From: Thermofilum adornatum
GTDB taxonomy: Archaea > Thermoproteota > Thermoprotei > Thermofilales > Thermofilaceae
Assembly: GCF_000446015.1 (NCBI RefSeq)
Contig: NC_022093.1
Span: 1,260,001-1,292,000, forward strand
DNA: 32,000 bases
Reading direction: 5' to 3'
Below the pieces are notes generated by a model. It had not been told where the DNA came from. It ran no database searches and worked only from the letters and a program-made list of their open reading frames with translations. The stretch's first letter is position 1, and every line of letters starts with the position of its first letter. The position numbers were made by a program, and so were the translations under genes. Positions 17,640 to 25,300 of this stretch are shown one piece after another.

Positions 17640-18458
17640 ATGGTAGTAGCAATGAGCCTAGAAGAAGAGGTAAGGCTTCTAGCCCAGAGAGAAGGGTCAG
17701 AAAACGCGCTCAGGAAAATAGCACTCGAGATTTTCCCAGAAATAAGCTCCCCCTTCGAGGAAACCAGTAATGTACTATGCATACAGCCCCATCCAGACGA
17801 CTGTGAATACGGATGCGGAGCGACACTAGCCTATCTAGCAGACAAAGGGATAAAAGTCACATATCTAACACTTACAGACGGCTCCAAGGGAACAACCAAT
17901 CCATCAATCACTCCAGGAGAGCTTGCGCTAACAAGGAAGAAAGAACAAGAAGAAGCAGGCCAGGTTATCGGCGTATCTAAGATATATTGGCTCGACTACC
18001 CAGACGGAGAGCTACCATACACCAGAGATGCGATGTGCCGCGTCATGGAGGTTATACGGCGAGAAAAGCCTGACATAGTATTTGCCCCAGATCCATGGTT
18101 ACTCTACGAGCCACACCCCGACCACAGAATAGGAGGACTACTCGCCTCAGAAGCCTCTCTGTTTTCTTCTCTACCACACTTCTGCAGGGGAACTCCTCCA
18201 CACGCAGTCAAAAGAATGATCTTCTACTATACGTCCAAGCCAAACTACTTCCAGCCGGCTGACGACCTCATTGAGAAGAAGCTCCAGGCCCTTAGAAAAC
18301 ACAGAAGCCAGTTCGAGGAAAGCTGGCAACTCTTGGAGCTCAGTATAAGGCTAATCATGGCGGTCTATGGCACGAAAATAAACGCTAAATATGCGGAGCC
18401 CCTCAGAGTAATCCCACTCACAATAATGCATGCAACACTGTTAAGCGAGCTAATTTAA
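17640..18458 (+). CDS. PIG-L/LmbE family N-acetylglucosaminyl deacetylase
   Basis: 'IQPHPDDCEYGCGATLA' (PDD motif) and 'HPDHR' zinc-ligand motif, 272 aa. Confidence 0.85.
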   Translation: MVVAMSLEEEVRLLAQREGSENALRKIALEIFPEISSPFEETSNVLCIQPHPDDCEYGCGATLAYLADKGIKVTYLTLTDGSKGTTNPSITPGELALTRKKEQEEAGQVIGVSKIYWLDYPDGELPYTRDAMCRVMEVIRREKPDIVFAPDPWLLYEPHPDHRIGGLLASEASLFSSLPHFCRGTPPHAVKRMIFYYTSKPNYFQPADDLIEKKLQALRKHRSQFEESWQLLELSIRLIMAVYGTKINAKYAEPLRVIPLTIMHATLLSELI

Positions 18459-18644
18459 AACCACAAACGACTTTCTTTCGAAAGGAAAAGTACACGGCAC
18501 ATGTCCCATGTATTAGAGACAGCAAAGTTTGTTTAAAGAATGAAAGAGGCCTAACTTCTTCCTCTATATAAATAGCACAAAAAACAAGTAGGCAAAAAAT
18601 TACCACCACACTACCATTAAATATATTCGAAGACTATTATTCAC

Positions 18645-19535
18645 GTGAGTGCTAGGAGCATAGGGAGAGGCAGGTGTCCAAAATGCGGAAGAGAGGGATC
18701 TGTGGTTATTAAAATGGTTGGAGGCAAAGAATACGTCTATGTCAAACATGGTAGAACTTGGCACTACATAGGCCCCCTCGAAAAAATTGACGTAAACGAG
18801 ATCCTGCGAGAGCCTACCACTACACTACCACTAAAAGAAACTGAAACACTTAACATACATGGTGAAAAAATGAACGAGGAGACAAAATCACTAAACAAAA
18901 CTGTGGTAGAGGTGATAGCCCTCATTCTAGTAGCTGTAGGCACGGGAATCCTTCTCTTAACTATTTTCGCGTCAATAATACTCCCATATCTTGTAGCCTT
19001 CTGGTCAGTAAGCTCGGTAAACATTGCGACTGGCTTTTCAACAATGATAGAGGACACGACAAAAGCATATTTGATTTATAGTCCAATAAGGTCAGCCTCG
19101 ATAAGCATCCAGTCAGACAACGCCTATTTCAAGATTCTCGCAGTTCCCCTCTACACCGCAATGAGCATTCTAAATGCTACACAGTCCCAGGAGCTAGAAA
19201 CACATATCTCACCCTCAGACCTACGGGTGAAACCAATAAAAACTAGCGAAATACAAGGCCTCATGCAAAGCTTCTTTGGAAACTATACAAGCTACGATAT
19301 ACAACTAGATACTAATCAAGCACTCCTCGTGTGGCCCTACAAACTTCAAACAAACCCAGCATCACTGAGTTTCTATACATCACGATCCTTAACTGGAAGC
19401 GAGCAACCCCAGCCGAACAGTTTCCAGCCTTTATCGATGAGCTTCATATTTATATCTCTAGCTCCGCGGCTTATACTCGCAGTTTCACTAATAATTGGCG
19501 GATATTTACTCTACAGATGGTCAAAAAACAAATAA
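18645..19535 (+). CDS. membrane protein with an N-terminal C2H2-type zinc-ribbon-like module, function unknown
   Basis: 'CPKCGREGSVVIKMVGGKEYVYVKHGRTWHYIGP' (Cys codons at 18675 and 18684; His codons at 18747 and 18762). Two central TM helices, an extracytoplasmic region of about 150 aa, and a C-terminal TM. GTG start with TATA-like 'ATTAAATATATT' (18616-18627). Confidence 0.6.
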   Translation: MSARSIGRGRCPKCGREGSVVIKMVGGKEYVYVKHGRTWHYIGPLEKIDVNEILREPTTTLPLKETETLNIHGEKMNEETKSLNKTVVEVIALILVAVGTGILLLTIFASIILPYLVAFWSVSSVNIATGFSTMIEDTTKAYLIYSPIRSASISIQSDNAYFKILAVPLYTAMSILNATQSQELETHISPSDLRVKPIKTSEIQGLMQSFFGNYTSYDIQLDTNQALLVWPYKLQTNPASLSFYTSRSLTGSEQPQPNSFQPLSMSFIFISLAPRLILAVSLIIGGYLLYRWSKNK

Positions 19536-19640
19536 GTAACCTAATCTTTATATTTAGCTACGCTTCCTGTTTACGGAGCCATAGAACTCTCTTTTTAAAA
19601 ATTTTTATAGTCTGAAAAGCAAAAATAAAAAGTAATAGGT

Positions 19641-20999
19641 ATGGGGGAGTCCCAAGAGAGACTACGTAGAAGAATAGGCCTGCTCGGCGTCTTCAGCTTT
19701 GGCTATGCAGACGTGGGCGCAGGCATCTACATGACACTAGGACTCGTAGCGGCACATGCAATGGCAGCCACCCCTCTTGCTTTTGCAGTGGCTAGTGTTT
19801 CATATATTCTGACTGCACTAAGCTACGCAGAGCTCAGCTCTTCCATGCCTGAAGCTGGGGGCGGCATGATTTTCGCCGAAAAGGCTTTTGGAAGATTTGT
19901 TGCCTTTCTTACTGGCTGGGCACTCCTCCTCGACTATGTTGTTACAGGGTCAATCTTCGCAATGTCGACAACGGGTTATCTTGGACACCTAGTTCCGGTA
20001 CTCAAACAGGGAGAGTTCTTTGGATTAACCGCCTCTATATTGGTTCTCATACTAGTAATTCTAAACGTAATAGGTATAAAGGAATCCGCAACATTCAGCG
20101 CAGTATTAGTCCTAATAGATATAACGGGGCTATCCATCATACTTGCTATAGGTTATCTTACAAGCTTTAGACCTTTCTTTGACCAAATAAAGCTTGGAAC
20201 AGCACCCACATGGGACAACTTCATGTACGGCACAACAGTTGCAATGGCGTCTTACCTGGGTATAGAGGTTGTTTCGCAAACAGCTGGTGAGACAAAAAGA
20301 GCTGGCCTCAATATTCCGAGGGCCGTCAAGCTTGTAACCATAGTAGTCGTAGCTTTCTCTGTTCTTTTCTCATCCCTCGCAGTAAGTGTAGTCGGCTGGG
20401 AAACATTGGCGTCATCAGAAAAGGACCCAGCCGCGGTTGTAGTCGAGCATCTTCCCTTTGGAGCTCTCCTTGCCGTATGGATATCAATAATTGGTATGAC
20501 TGTCTGCTATGTGGCTACAAACACGGGAATAGTTGGTGTATCAAGAATGGCGTATGCCATGGGTCGAGAAAGAATGCTTCCAAGTGTCCTCACAGATCTC
20601 CATAAAAAATTCCACACACCGTACAAAGCTATTCTCCTTTTCGCCGTTATCCAGATTGCTCTAGCATATGCAGGTCACTTGGGGCTGGCAGCCGACCTTT
20701 ACAACTTTGGCGCGCTCTTATCCTATATGGTAGTGAATTTGTCCGTAGTAGCTCTGAGAATAAAGGATCCCTACCGCTATAGGCCATACATGGTTCCCGG
20801 CAACCTGCCTTTAAAGATAAAGAATAGAAGGGTGCTCATACCAGTTGGCGCTATCCTTGGCTTCTTCTCCAACCTAGCGCTGTGGCTCATGGTGGTAGCT
20901 ACACATGCCGAGGGAAGAATAGTCGGCTTCACGTGGCTTTTTGTTGGCCTTCTACTATACGTAACATATGCTAGGAGAAACCCGAAGATACCCGAATAA
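19641..20999 (+). CDS. amino acid/polyamine/organocation (APC) family permease
   Basis: 452 aa, about 12 TM helices. N-terminal 'FSFGYADVGAGIYMTLG' and 'YAELSSSMPEAGGG' are typical APC signatures. Confidence 0.9.
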   Translation: MGESQERLRRRIGLLGVFSFGYADVGAGIYMTLGLVAAHAMAATPLAFAVASVSYILTALSYAELSSSMPEAGGGMIFAEKAFGRFVAFLTGWALLLDYVVTGSIFAMSTTGYLGHLVPVLKQGEFFGLTASILVLILVILNVIGIKESATFSAVLVLIDITGLSIILAIGYLTSFRPFFDQIKLGTAPTWDNFMYGTTVAMASYLGIEVVSQTAGETKRAGLNIPRAVKLVTIVVVAFSVLFSSLAVSVVGWETLASSEKDPAAVVVEHLPFGALLAVWISIIGMTVCYVATNTGIVGVSRMAYAMGRERMLPSVLTDLHKKFHTPYKAILLFAVIQIALAYAGHLGLAADLYNFGALLSYMVVNLSVVALRIKDPYRYRPYMVPGNLPLKIKNRRVLIPVGAILGFFSNLALWLMVVATHAEGRIVGFTWLFVGLLLYVTYARRNPKIPE

Positions 21000-21038
21000 T
21001 AACTACAAATATTCGATAAAAATATAATGTTTGAAATC

Positions 21039-21058
21039 CTACTCCTGTTTTAGAGTAG
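21039..21058 (+). other. 6-bp inverted repeat between the TATA-like box and the start codon of the RCK gene
   Basis: CTACTC (21039-21044) / GAGTAG (21053-21058) with an 8-nt spacer. It lies downstream of 'GATAAAAATATAATG' (21015-21029) and upstream of ATG 21067. Confidence 0.2.
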
Positions 21059-21066
21059 AGATAACT

Positions 21067-21717
21067 ATGTACATATTTGTAGTTGGCGGAGGCAGAATCG
21101 GGTACTCGATAGCAGAATACTTTTCAAACAGGGGAGACAAGGTTATAGTTATCGAGAAAAACAAAAAGACATGTGACTTTTTAGCTAAGAACCTAGACGT
21201 CACCGTTTACTGTGGAGATGCCCGCTCTATCGCCCTCCTTGAAGACGCAGAGATGGATAAAGCAGACGTTGTCTTCGCGGTTTCTGGGAGCGACACAGTA
21301 AACATTAGAGTTGCAGAAATCGCGAAAAAGAGATTCGGTGTCCCAACCGTTGTAGTTAGGCTTAACCACTCGGAGAATCGAGAAAAGGCTCTTCAAGCCG
21401 GAGCAGACCACGTAATCTGTTTAGACGAGTTTGCAGACGTTTTCATTAAGACGATAACAGAGTCAGAATTCAGAATAATCTATGACAGAAACGGTTTCTC
21501 TATTGCCGAGATAAAAATACCACCAGACTCATCACTTGTTGGTCAAAGCATAAAGGTTCTCGAAGAGTTAGAGGTTAAACCAATCGCAGTGTTCAGAGAA
21601 AATATGTATTTTTCCCCGACCGAGAACATCGTTATCGAGGCCGACGACATCCTCCTAGTTACGGGAACCCAGCAAGCTATAAATAAACTCAAAGAACATA
21701 TATTCGGAGCTGTATGA
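21067..21717 (+). CDS. TrkA-type RCK protein (TrkA-N NAD-binding plus TrkA-C domains)
   Basis: 'MYIFVVGGGRIGYSIA' Rossmann start at ATG 21067 (the track starts at TTG 21031). C-terminal 'IAEIKIPPDSSLVGQSIKVLE' is TrkA-C-like. Confidence 0.85.
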   Translation: MYIFVVGGGRIGYSIAEYFSNRGDKVIVIEKNKKTCDFLAKNLDVTVYCGDARSIALLEDAEMDKADVVFAVSGSDTVNIRVAEIAKKRFGVPTVVVRLNHSENREKALQAGADHVICLDEFADVFIKTITESEFRIIYDRNGFSIAEIKIPPDSSLVGQSIKVLEELEVKPIAVFRENMYFSPTENIVIEADDILLVTGTQQAINKLKEHIFGAV

Positions 21718-22460
21718 GTTCGCTACTACTGGAATGGATACCTCTAAATATCCTCCTCTTCCTAACTACTTTAATATTCTCAATCTTATTTGGCTATATT
21801 TTTTCAGTACTCGTCCGGAGATCCCTAGGCAAAGTCAACCCACTACTTTCCGAGATACTCAGCAGGTACGGGTCTTGGACAATCTATCTTGTAGGTTTTC
21901 TCTTTGCACTCGAGCTTCTGAACCTGAGACTAGAAGCAATTCTAGTCTTCTTAGCTCTTATTGGAGTACTTGTTGTTATAGGGCTAAGAGATTTTCTACC
22001 CAACCTCTTTGCAAGACAATTTATCGAGACGTACAAGCCTTACAAAATAGGCGACTGGATAATGATTAGTGATCAGGTTGGAAGAGTGATAGACATAAAC
22101 GACCTATACACAAGTGTTCTCACGCTGAATCACGAGCGCGTATATATTCCGAACTCAACCATGCTAAAAGAAAAAATCATCAATATAACGGCCAGCAACG
22201 GCATAGAAGTAAACATCGACTTCGCTATCAGGTATAACGAAAACATAAACAGAGTCCTCCAGCAAATTCTTAAGGCTATTCAGGACGATGTACAGGAGGA
22301 AGGCATAGAAGAACCCGATATACTAGTACGAGAAATAAGAGGCGACATTATACATGCAAGAATAAAGTTCAGGTTGCTAAACCCACAGCGACTAGAAGAC
22401 GCTAGGAACCGGGTTTTGAGAGAAGTATTAAAGGTCTTGTCATCCCAAGGGAAGGCTTAA
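21714..22460 (+). CDS. small-conductance mechanosensitive channel (MscS family)
   Basis: ATGA overlap with the RCK gene. Three N-terminal TM helices, then 'YKIGDWIMISDQVGRVIDINDLYTSVLTLNHERVYIPNSTMLKEKIINIT', the MscS beta-domain signature. Confidence 0.85.
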   Translation: MSSLLLEWIPLNILLFLTTLIFSILFGYIFSVLVRRSLGKVNPLLSEILSRYGSWTIYLVGFLFALELLNLRLEAILVFLALIGVLVVIGLRDFLPNLFARQFIETYKPYKIGDWIMISDQVGRVIDINDLYTSVLTLNHERVYIPNSTMLKEKIINITASNGIEVNIDFAIRYNENINRVLQQILKAIQDDVQEEGIEEPDILVREIRGDIIHARIKFRLLNPQRLEDARNRVLREVLKVLSSQGKA

Positions 22461-22551
22461 AAGTTTTTCCCGATAATTTGCCAATATTTCCTTCAAGAAC
22501 ATTCACTTAGTAAAGCTAGGCATAAGAAAGACTTATAAGGAATAAATATAG

Positions 22552-23238
22552 CTACACCAGGAGAGGGATTTTTATCCCGAAAAGTTCTTCTGCAAACTTT
22601 GCACTATCCTCCCAGGAGACAAGTTTGAAGAATCCAGGGTCCAAGTCGTTGCATGTACGGATTACTTCGGCGGGTCCCAAATCTCTTATAGCATAAAATC
22701 CCTCGATTCCGTCTCTACTTGGGAGTGGTCTCCACATTGTGAAGTATTTTTCTTCTTCTCCTACCAGCCGAAGCAAGGTAAGAGTTGCCCCTTCATAGTT
22801 TCCGGCCAGGAAATACCAAACATCCACACCCTCAGGGGCCTCAATTTTATAGAAGGTTTCCTTTCCTGGAAGCTCCCTTAGTGTGACCCATATAAACTTT
22901 TGTCCTCTGGCCTCGACATTTATCTCGGGCATGTGGCCCGCAAACAGATACCAGGCACCCCCATGATTAAGTTTCACGTAGCTAGTGAACTTGCCCACAT
23001 CAAAGCTCTTGGGCCAGATATCCTTAGGGTTAATCGTTTTAGAAAATTTTAGCATAGCTACTGAACCTCCCCAGAGACCAAGCCTGAATAATTCCCTGTT
23101 TGCCTCCGTAGGGCTGGGGTGCTCCTTTACGACGGTTGAAACCATGTAGGAGAAAAGCATTTGTGGAACCAAAACGTGGACGGTAGGCTGGAACATTTTT
23201 TGTAGCCTTAAAAACATGCCAGCTATTTCAGTTGCCAT
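22552..23238 (-). CDS. hypothetical protein (possibly V4R-like; very tentative)
   Basis: ATG 23238 (the track begins one codon earlier at TTG). TATA-like 'TTTTTATATTAG' (23259-23270) is centred about 26 nt upstream. I recognised no clear motif; 'VWYFLAGNYEGATLTLL' loosely recalls the V4R 'C.f..G...G' segment. Confidence 0.55.
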   Translation of the reverse strand: MATEIAGMFLRLQKMFQPTVHVLVPQMLFSYMVSTVVKEHPSPTEANRELFRLGLWGGSVAMLKFSKTINPKDIWPKSFDVGKFTSYVKLNHGGAWYLFAGHMPEINVEARGQKFIWVTLRELPGKETFYKIEAPEGVDVWYFLAGNYEGATLTLLRLVGEEEKYFTMWRPLPSRDGIEGFYAIRDLGPAEVIRTCNDLDPGFFKLVSWEDSAKFAEELFGIKIPLLV

Positions 23239-23295
23239 CAAAATAATTGATCAGTGGTCTAATATAAAAATTCCACCTAAATTTAGAGATAAAGC

Positions 23296-24021
23296 TTAGA
23301 CTGTTTTCGTTTTTAAGGTCTCTATAAAACCTTTAACCATTAAACTGTCGATTATCTTCTTAACGTCTCCATAGCTTTTTCCGGTTTTAAAGGCAATCTC
23401 GCTTATGCTTCTCTTGCCGTCACACAGCTCTAAAACTTCGAGCTCTTCCTGTGTAAGCCTGCTTTTGTCTGGAGTCTTTTTGGCAACGACTGGGACAAGG
23501 TCTATAGGTAGAGGCGGCTTCGGAACAGGCAGGGAAACAGGTTTTGGCATCGTTTTCACAGTCTTTTCTCCCGTAATTATCCACTTCTTTAGCTCCTCTA
23601 TCCCCACGCCTGTCTTCGTTGATACCCCGAAAAATTCTAGACCTTTTTCAAGCGCAAACTTTTCGAGCTCTGCAACTTGGCTTCCCTGCTCGTCAACCTT
23701 ATTAGCTACAAGCGCTTTTTTCTCTGCCCGTTCTATGACTGCAAGAAAACGTGGCTCGGCAACACCTTCAAGCGGTCGAGAAGAATCTACAACCAGCAGT
23801 CCAACATTAATATTCCACTTAGCTATAGCTGCCATAATTACCTCTATTGCATCCCTTCGACCAGCAACCTCCCTAACGGCGAGGCCTCCAGTCAACATGT
23901 AGTCACGGTAGTAAGAGGGCTCTTCAAAACGAACATCTAGCTCGGGGAAAAGGCTCTTTATAAGCGAAGATTTCCCCGCACCTTTCGGGCCCGTAAACAC
24001 GATTAGCTTGTAGAGAGACAT
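23296..24021 (-). CDS. small P-loop GTPase fused through a Pro-rich linker to a C-terminal winged-helix domain
   Basis: G1 'GPKGAGKSS' (23968-23991), G4 'NKVD' (23692-23703), G5-like 'VSTKTGVGIEEL'. Linker 'PKPVSLPVPKPPLPIDLVP'. wHTH-like 'LEVLELCDGKRSISEIAFKTGKSYGDVKKIIDSLMVKGFIE'. ATG 24021 is preferred over the TTG 24051 in the track. Confidence 0.75.
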   Translation of the reverse strand: MSLYKLIVFTGPKGAGKSSLIKSLFPELDVRFEEPSYYRDYMLTGGLAVREVAGRRDAIEVIMAAIAKWNINVGLLVVDSSRPLEGVAEPRFLAVIERAEKKALVANKVDEQGSQVAELEKFALEKGLEFFGVSTKTGVGIEELKKWIITGEKTVKTMPKPVSLPVPKPPLPIDLVPVVAKKTPDKSRLTQEELEVLELCDGKRSISEIAFKTGKSYGDVKKIIDSLMVKGFIETLKTKTV

Positions 24022-24049
24022 TAAAATCAATAAATAAAAACACGAAGGC

Positions 24050-24066
24050 AATTTATACTTTATCAG
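24050..24066. promoter_or_regulatory. near-palindromic TATA element shared by divergent genes
   Basis: 'AATTTATACTTTATCAG' sits in a 59-nt divergent intergenic region. It is about 25 nt from ATG 24081 on the plus strand and about 30-35 nt from ATG 24021 on the minus strand. Confidence 0.3.
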
Positions 24067-24080
24067 GGTTCAAGAACCAT

Positions 24081-25295
24081 ATGAAAATAGCAGTTATAGG
24101 CTGTGGCCTAGTAGGAAGCCTTATAGCCCGCCTAGCCACATCTGAAAAAATAGCTGAAGAAGTCGCATGCTTCGACAAGGATCCCGACAGGGCAAAGAAA
24201 TATCTTTCTTATCCAGACCCCCTTGACATACCCATAGTCGAGGCTGACGCATTAAATCTAGAAGCATTCTCCGGTACCCTCTCAAACTACGATTACCTCG
24301 TAAATGCCCTGCCGACCTTCATCAAGAAAGACAAGAAAGAGATCCTACTCAATCCATTGCTAATGTCGGTAGCTCTAAAAGCAAACATAAACTATGTCGA
24401 CCTTGCATGCTACGGTGGAAAAAGGAAGAGAGCAGAACAACTCTCAATGGCGAAACAGTTCTTAAGCCAGGGCCTTCTCGCCCTCATAAACATGGGTGTG
24501 TCCCCGGGTCTGGCAAACATACTTGCACGTGAAGCCTACGAGGACCTAGAAGAAGTCGACGAGCTCAGCATAATGACTCTTGAGGACCAAAAAGGAAGCA
24601 CTTTTGTCATACCATGGTCAAGGGAAGAGATGCTAAACGTGGCTTCGATAGACCTTGCATACAAAAACAAGCAGTTCTTTTTCCGGGAGCCATTCGCAGA
24701 GGCACGTGTATGCAACTTCCCAGAACCAATAGGTAGCATTAGGTGTTATAGTGTCTCAAACGACGAGGCATACACGATACCCAGCCTCCTAAAGATCAAT
24801 AGCTTTGCTTACCTCGCAGGCGGAAGCGACATAGAGATGCTCCGCGCCCTCTACAGGCTAGGATTCTTCGAAGACACACCCATAAAAATAAGGAAAACTT
24901 ATGTCTCTCCACGCGAGTTCCTCTACTATGTTCTCCAGACACCAATCTCGCCGGACTACGTTTTGAAAGTTATGCAAGAAGGAGACCTAGAAGACGCGCA
25001 GTTCGCCCTACAAGTAAAAGCCATCGGGAACATTTCGGGCGAAAAAGCAGTATCAACCCGATACATACTATTCCCCGGACAGAGAACAATAAACAAGGTG
25101 CTTCCCGGAGCCACATACATAACCTATCCCACAGCACTAAGCCTGGTCGCCGTCCTAAGGGCAGTAAAAGGCAAGAGACTCAAAGGGGTTCTCCCAGGTG
25201 AACTACTTCCAAGGCCAATCAGGCGGATAGTCCTAGACTACATAAGGGGCAAGAAGATCCACATAGGAGAAGAATTCAAAACAATAATAGAGTAA
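24081..25295 (+). CDS. saccharopine dehydrogenase-like NAD(P)-binding oxidoreductase
   Basis: N-terminal Rossmann 'MKIAVIGCGLVGSLIA'. The size (404 aa) and 'NMGVSPGLANILA' segment resemble the saccharopine dehydrogenase family. Substrate unknown. Confidence 0.55.
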   Translation: MKIAVIGCGLVGSLIARLATSEKIAEEVACFDKDPDRAKKYLSYPDPLDIPIVEADALNLEAFSGTLSNYDYLVNALPTFIKKDKKEILLNPLLMSVALKANINYVDLACYGGKRKRAEQLSMAKQFLSQGLLALINMGVSPGLANILAREAYEDLEEVDELSIMTLEDQKGSTFVIPWSREEMLNVASIDLAYKNKQFFFREPFAEARVCNFPEPIGSIRCYSVSNDEAYTIPSLLKINSFAYLAGGSDIEMLRALYRLGFFEDTPIKIRKTYVSPREFLYYVLQTPISPDYVLKVMQEGDLEDAQFALQVKAIGNISGEKAVSTRYILFPGQRTINKVLPGATYITYPTALSLVAVLRAVKGKRLKGVLPGELLPRPIRRIVLDYIRGKKIHIGEEFKTIIE

Positions 25296-25300
25296 AGCCT

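Noticed and set aside
23405-23902. 165-aa ORF antisense to the GTPase-wHTH gene (and an 87-aa ORF at 23677-23940)
   Set aside because: The opposite strand carries ordered G1/G4/G5 GTPase motifs. The antisense product is Ser/Thr-rich with no motifs. This is a shadow ORF.
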